From Thermoplasmatales archaeon (GTDB lineage: Archaea > Thermoplasmatota > Thermoplasmata > Thermoplasmatales > Thermoplasmataceae), in NCBI GenBank assembly GCA_027310185.1, contig DAIDBH010000017.1, forward strand, positions 128,001-192,000: 64,000 bases of DNA. Reading direction: 5' to 3'. Below the pieces are notes generated by a model. That model ran no database searches. It was not told where the DNA came from and saw nothing but the letters and a program-made list of their open reading frames with translations. Positions 58,803-64,000 of the stretch are shown here, in pieces (position 1 is the stretch's first letter; each line of letters opens with the position of its first letter). Made by a program: the position numbers and the translations under genes.

Positions 58803-59477
58803 TCACTCTGTCATTTCTCTTGCTTTCCTGAATAGTTCCACAAACTCTTCCATTGTGATTCTTCCAGTGTTCACGTTCCTGGGGCTTGGGTGAAATATGC
58901 ACATAACTTTGTATCCATCCATTTCATAGACTTTCCCGTTTCCAAATTTCCATCCTCTTACTGTGTTTCCAGATTCCCTCAGTGATTGAACTACAGCATC
59001 GAACGCTATCTTTCCCAGAACAACTATAATCTTCAGATTTTTCATCAAATGGATTTCCCTGAGTAGATATGGGTTGCAATTCATTATCTCACCTTTTTCC
59101 GGCTTGTTTTCTGGGGGGACACACCTTACAGCAAGCGATATATATGAATCAAAATACGCGAGGCCATCATCCCTGGAAAGTGATGTTTTCTGGTTTGTTA
59201 TACCGGCTTCGTATAAGCAGGAGATGAGAAATTCCGAACTTTTATCTCCCGTAAATACCCGTCCTGTCCTATTTCCTCCAGATGCAGCTGGTGCAAGGCC
59301 CACTATCATCATTCTTCCATTTATATCTCCATATCCTGTTAGAGGCTTTCTCCAGAATATTTCTGATTCATATTTTTTTGACTTTTCAAGCACATGCTCC
59401 CTGAAATCAACAAGTCTGGGGCATTTTTTGCAATCTGTAATTTCCTGGTTAAGGATAGAAATAGAATCTTTATCCAT
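58803..59477 (-). CDS. Uracil-DNA glycosylase (family 5, Fe-S)
   Basis: CKKCPRL, GLAPAASGGNRTGRVFTGD, CVPPENKP, HPSPRN. Confidence 0.92.
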   Translation of the reverse strand: MDKDSISILNQEITDCKKCPRLVDFREHVLEKSKKYESEIFWRKPLTGYGDINGRMMIVGLAPAASGGNRTGRVFTGDKSSEFLISCLYEAGITNQKTSLSRDDGLAYFDSYISLAVRCVPPENKPEKGEIMNCNPYLLREIHLMKNLKIIVVLGKIAFDAVVQSLRESGNTVRGWKFGNGKVYEMDGYKVMCIFHPSPRNVNTGRITMEEFVELFRKAREMTE

Positions 59478-59663
59478 GGAGCGACATGCTTTCTGACTAA
59501 AAATAAACACCTTCCATAACACTTCATTATTTTTAAAACATGAACTAAGTCAGAATAATGAAAGGGATGGAGCAGGTCGTGGGATGTTTTTACGGTCTGT
59601 ATTCAATATTGAAATCACCAATAGTTTAGAATAATATTAATAAATTGATTGAATTAAAGTGCC

Positions 59664-60122
59664 ATGAAACTTACATCAGTGCTGGGAGGTGTTGCCCTTC
59701 TTTCATTTTATATATTCATAGTAGTATATTATAGGTTTCTGTTATTTTATATTATTGACCTGATCCCGGTACTCGCCCTTGGAGCTTTTCTACTGGTAAG
59801 CGGTGCGCGATCAAAAAGTGTAAAGAATATAAAGAGAAAATCGGACCAGTCTATATTTGATGGTATTATGAACATAGGTCTTGAGAAGATAAGGAAAGGC
59901 GACCTTACGGTTGATGAGAGTACCTTTTCAGTCATAATGAATAAAATTAGCAAATTCATAGTTGAGCAGCATGAAGTCCCAGAATTTGGCTTCAATTCCC
60001 TGTATCTCAAAACTGGCACTGAAATTGAGGCTGAAGATCTTGAGAATAAGATTAAAAACTTAGGTATATCCTGCAAAGTAATACAGGACCGTGGTAAATA
60101 TTATGTAATGATTGAACTCTGA
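59664..60122 (+). CDS. Hypothetical membrane-anchored protein
   Basis: Two N-terminal TM segments followed by a soluble domain. Confidence 0.7.
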   Translation: MKLTSVLGGVALLSFYIFIVVYYRFLLFYIIDLIPVLALGAFLLVSGARSKSVKNIKRKSDQSIFDGIMNIGLEKIRKGDLTVDESTFSVIMNKISKFIVEQHEVPEFGFNSLYLKTGTEIEAEDLENKIKNLGISCKVIQDRGKYYVMIEL

Positions 60123-60166
60123 ATTACATGTAAGGAGAGTATATTATCCAGAATGGAATTATTATT

Positions 60167-60814
60167 GTGATGAGTGCCAACCTGTCGATGACGACTGAGG
60201 ATTATTTAAAATCAATATATGAATTGAATGAATACAAGGGATTTGCGACCCTGGCAGACATTTCCCAGATACTGGGAACCGCAAGACAGACTGTTTATGA
60301 TGAGATTAAAATACTTCTTGATAAGAACTTTGTAAAAAGGAATGATAGGGGTAAATATTCTCTTACTGAAGATGGCGAAAGAGAGGCAAACCTGTTTTTG
60401 AGGAAGCATAGAGTTGCCGAGATACTCCTGTGGAAAGGGCTTAATATGAAGTGGTCCAAGCTTGATGATCAGGCAATGGGCATCGAGCATGGCATGACAG
60501 AAGAGATTATTTCAGCAGCATGTAAGAAATTCGACTGCGAAAAATGTCCTCATGGAAATCCAGTACCGGATAGCAACGGCAGAGTTTCGGTTCCTTCAGA
60601 CCTGAAATATAAAGAACTTGACATTGAAAGGAGGTATTTTTTGAACAGGGTAATTTTTGAAACTCCAGATATTCTAAAATTCCTGGAAGAAAATTCCCTT
60701 TTGCCTGATATCATGGTAATGAAGGAAGATAATCCAGGCAGGCTCAGATTGAATAATAACAGGACCGTTAGTATTCCAGATTACATACTTGATGCCCTGA
60801 GATTTAGAAAATGA
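60167..60814 (+). CDS. DtxR/MntR family metal-dependent regulator
   Basis: EDYLKSIY, RKHRVAE, IEHGM, CPHGNPVP. Confidence 0.93.
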   Translation: MMSANLSMTTEDYLKSIYELNEYKGFATLADISQILGTARQTVYDEIKILLDKNFVKRNDRGKYSLTEDGEREANLFLRKHRVAEILLWKGLNMKWSKLDDQAMGIEHGMTEEIISAACKKFDCEKCPHGNPVPDSNGRVSVPSDLKYKELDIERRYFLNRVIFETPDILKFLEENSLLPDIMVMKEDNPGRLRLNNNRTVSIPDYILDALRFRK

Positions 60815-60846
60815 AGTGCCATATTGGAGATTGATTTTTCAAATCA

Positions 60847-62172
60847 TCAGTCGTTTATGGGATCTTTCAGTCTGCTTGAACTCTCTTTTGATAGTAATAA
60901 TCCTATGAGCAGGACAATTGTTCCAATGAAGAGGAAAATCAACCACGATTGACCGGTTGTGCCGAACAGATTTTTTGAAGAAAAGTATATGACCGCAGAA
61001 ATTCCAAAGCTCGCAGGTATTGCTGCACCATTGTATATGAATCCAATGGATGTTGTCCTGTGTGACTTGCTGAAAACTTCTGATAGGAATGCAGGTATAG
61101 ATGCAAATATTGCGGCCTCAATGAATGCCTGAACTGAAAAAGCTACAATGGTAAGTGTAAGGTTTCCAGAAAATACAAGGTAATAAAGCGGTATTAATGA
61201 TATCAGGAATATTATGGAAAATATAGTCATGGTCAATTTTCTCCTGAATATCAGGAAGGCGAAAACTCCACCTATCCATACACCTACGAGTGATATGAGA
61301 TTTATGTAAGAATTGTAAAGATCATCGGCAGATCCGGATATCTTTGTGTACAACTCCCCAAGGAATGTAGGGTAGAAACTCAGTGTTATTGTGTTTAACA
61401 ATAGCAGGCCAGCCACCAGCAAAAAAGCCGAAACAAGAATTCTTGTTTGCAATATTGTACCCTCTATGGGAACCTTTTCAATTTCGTTCCTGGATTTCAT
61501 TTCATCAAAGACAGGACTCTCGTGAGTGAATAGCCTGATGATGACGGCAACTATACCAGGAATAATGGTTGTTGCAAATATGACCCTCCATACAAGGTCG
61601 TCCGCCTGTGCCGGGCCATAATAAGACCTCACAAGAGATGCAACCAGCAAAAGGATGAAATATCCAACTCCGTAACCACTCTGTACAAAGGCTCCTACTG
61701 CTACCCTTTTTCTCTGCGGTATGGCTTCCATTGATAATGCTGTACCTCCAGAATATTCCGCACCTGCGAAGATACCAACTAAAAATAGGAGTATGTACAG
61801 TATTGCTGTTGCTGCATATCCTGCTGTCTGGTAAGTGGGTATGAAAGCTATCAGGAAGGAAAAGAATGAAAATCCTACAATGGAATATAGTAGCATTTTC
61901 CTTCTACCGAGCTTATCTCCAAGAAAATTTCCAAGGGCGATTGATCCAACAAAACGTGCTAGAGCTCCAACTGCGAGACCGAGAAATGTGAGAAAGAGAG
62001 AATCTGAAAAATTTGAGGGAAAAAATACCCCGGATATGGTTACAGCAACAACCACGTATGCTATTGATGTATAACCATCCATAAGCCATCCAGAGAAGGC
62101 AGAAAGGATCTGAGCAACTTGAGTTCTATTAAGTTTTTCTGATTTCATTTGATTATTTTCACTTATAGCCAT
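60847..62172 (-). CDS. MFS transporter (metabolite:H+ symporter-like)
   Basis: GDKLGRRK, GAEYSGG, ESPVF, SEVFSKSHR. Confidence 0.9.
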   Translation of the reverse strand: MAISENNQMKSEKLNRTQVAQILSAFSGWLMDGYTSIAYVVVAVTISGVFFPSNFSDSLFLTFLGLAVGALARFVGSIALGNFLGDKLGRRKMLLYSIVGFSFFSFLIAFIPTYQTAGYAATAILYILLFLVGIFAGAEYSGGTALSMEAIPQRKRVAVGAFVQSGYGVGYFILLLVASLVRSYYGPAQADDLVWRVIFATTIIPGIVAVIIRLFTHESPVFDEMKSRNEIEKVPIEGTILQTRILVSAFLLVAGLLLLNTITLSFYPTFLGELYTKISGSADDLYNSYINLISLVGVWIGGVFAFLIFRRKLTMTIFSIIFLISLIPLYYLVFSGNLTLTIVAFSVQAFIEAAIFASIPAFLSEVFSKSHRTTSIGFIYNGAAIPASFGISAVIYFSSKNLFGTTGQSWLIFLFIGTIVLLIGLLLSKESSSRLKDPIND

Positions 62173-62454
62173 ACAGATCTTCACCCATTCGTTTATACTT
62201 GAATTTATTAAACTTTAATGATTTCAAAGGTTTTATTCAGATAATTCCTACAGACTTTGCACATATTTCTACTGTATTCACTTCATTGAATTCAAACCTT
62301 TTCACTCAGCCTCTATGAGTCACTTATATATATTTATATTCTTATTTTATATTCTTATTTTTGAAAACTGAGAAAGTTCTTTATTCCTCAACCATATAAA
62401 AGTCTTTGAATCAACTACAAAACTTTAAAATTCTCGTCATAATATAGGGATATT

Positions 62455-64000
62455 TTGAATGATAATAAAAAAAGTTTTTTGAAAAAAATAAAAGGAGTGT
62501 TTGAACCTCTACTCTTCTCAAGGGAATACCTCAAGAACAAGAAGTGGGTAATTTACCTGATAATAGGGTTTGCAGTATTATCTACTGCAACAAGGCTTCT
62601 TGTTCCTATTATAATAGGTGCAATTATTGATTCCCTGGAATCCAAGAATTTTAATGCAATCTATCTGGAAATTGAATACATTCTGCTTTTGGCTGTGCTA
62701 TCCGCGGTTGCATCGTTCGTAGTTAACTTTGGGGCACAATACTCCAGCCAGATATATGCTTACAACCTGAGAAAGAAGGTTGTAAACAGCATGGTGAAGA
62801 AGAAGACAAAATTCTTTCAGGATAAAACATCGGGTGACCTGCTATCCAGAACAACAATGGATATTGATGCAAGCAGAAATTTCATCATGAATTCCCTTTC
62901 CCAATTAATTCCAACGATTTTAATAATAATATTCGCAGTAGGTTATCTCTTTTATATTAATGTTTTCTATTCGCTATTCTTTCTAGCAACGGTTCCAATT
63001 CTTATCTATATAGGCATAAAGTTTCAGAGGAAGCAAAGGCCACACTGGATGAAAATAAGGGAAACATATGGGGTCATGACTGAAAGCATTCAGGAGGACA
63101 TTACAGGACAGAGGACTGTCAGATCTTACCTGCAGGAGGACCCACAGATCAACAGATTTACAGGAATAACAGATACATATTATGGAGAATATATGGAAGT
63201 GGCAAACCTGAGGGGTTTTTACAACAACCTTATGCCATTCATAATAAGTGCAGCTGCCACCGCTGTAATATTCTATGGAGGTTACACATCAATTATAGCA
63301 AGAAGCGATGTGGGTGGGCTGGTTGCAGCTGTAAATATATTTACCATGGTAACTTTTCCAGTAAGTTTCCTGGGAAGACTGATTGCATTTTCAGAAAATG
63401 CAAGAGCCGGAATAGGCAGGATAAAGGGGGTGCTGGACAGGGATCTTGATGAGGATGTTCTAACAGGTGGTGATTTCCCGAAAGGAAACGGAATAAGCAT
63501 GAGGAACGTCAGATACAAGCGTGGAGACAGGGAAATTTTAAGAAATATCGATCTGGAAATACCACCCGAATCATTTGTATGCCTTACAGGGGAAACAGGT
63601 ACCGGCAAGAGTTCCCTTGTTAATCTCATACCAAGACTTGAAGATCCATCAGAAGGGAGTATATTTATCGGTGGTGTCAACATAAAAGATATTCCGCTCT
63701 CTTCATTGAGAAAGAATATTGCCATAGTTCCCCAGGAAATAAGTCTTCTTTCAGGAACAATAAGTGAAAATATCATATTTGGCAGGAAAGAAATTACAGA
63801 GGAGATGGCTAAAAGAGCCTCGAAGATTGCCAGGATTGATGATTTCATTGAGAGCCTTCCTGAAGGTTATTCAACTATCATTGGAGAAAGAGGGATAACA
63901 CTTTCAGGAGGCCAGAGGCAAAGAGTTGCCCTTGCGAGGGCAATAGCGTCAAACCCAAGAATACTCATACTGGATGATGCCACTTCAAGCGTTGATCCAG
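62455..64000 (+). CDS. ABC exporter, fused permease/ATP-binding protein (runs off the window; absent from the ORF track)
   Basis: Open frame from TTG 62455: TM domain, SGDLLSRTTMDI, GETGTGKSS, LSGGQRQRVALARA, ILDDATSSVD. Confidence 0.92.
   Translation, partial: MNDNKKSFLKKIKGVFEPLLFSREYLKNKKWVIYLIIGFAVLSTATRLLVPIIIGAIIDSLESKNFNAIYLEIEYILLLAVLSAVASFVVNFGAQYSSQIYAYNLRKKVVNSMVKKKTKFFQDKTSGDLLSRTTMDIDASRNFIMNSLSQLIPTILIIIFAVGYLFYINVFYSLFFLATVPILIYIGIKFQRKQRPHWMKIRETYGVMTESIQEDITGQRTVRSYLQEDPQINRFTGITDTYYGEYMEVANLRGFYNNLMPFIISAAATAVIFYGGYTSIIARSDVGGLVAAVNIFTMVTFPVSFLGRLIAFSENARAGIGRIKGVLDRDLDEDVLTGGDFPKGNGISMRNVRYKRGDREILRNIDLEIPPESFVCLTGETGTGKSSLVNLIPRLEDPSEGSIFIGGVNIKDIPLSSLRKNIAIVPQEISLLSGTISENIIFGRKEITEEMAKRASKIARIDDFIESLPEGYSTIIGERGITLSGGQRQRVALARAIASNPRILILDDATSSVDP

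Noticed and set aside
62333-62358. Short tandem repeat TTTATATTCTTAT x2
   Set aside because: Low-complexity AT-rich intergenic DNA with only two copies.
63282-63848. 188-aa minus-strand ORF and the many other antisense ORFs in the track
   Set aside because: These are shadow frames of well-supported genes on the opposite strand (here the ABC exporter).

Overview
AT-rich archaeal chromosome segment. Gene content (RtcB, RfcS, Hef-type helicase, KptA, TRASH/YHS copper genes, rusticyanin-like protein, GGTGA ribosome-binding sites) points to an acidophilic Thermoplasmatales-like host; this is inference. Housekeeping genes occupy about 1-7.4 kb and 35.7-64 kb. The main observation is an island starting at tRNA-Ala(CGC) (7516-7587) that is divided into eight segments by eight direct copies of a ~41-bp hybrid repeat, consensus GTATTC(C/G)CTTAAAACTTTAA-TCAAATCCCGACCGGTCCATT. 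The right 21 bp of the repeat copy the tRNA 3' end from the T-loop onward, and the left 20 bp are a conserved non-tRNA arm. The first segment (~11.4 kb) is a copper/metal cluster. The other seven are 1.0-2.6 kb, lack an integrase, and together carry seven intact toxin-antitoxin pairs whose stop codons often abut the repeats. This resembles a tRNA-anchored, integron-like cassette array mobilised in trans. The window also holds two related ~250-bp IS200/IS605-like non-coding elements, an intact IS1634-like element with TIRs and a 6-bp TSD, two IS1634-like remnants, an mtnB-mtnD-mtnC operon, a candidate archaeocin/immunity pair, a sulfur-handling cluster and tRNA-Pro(UGG). All calls come from reading the sequence by eye; no database searches were run.
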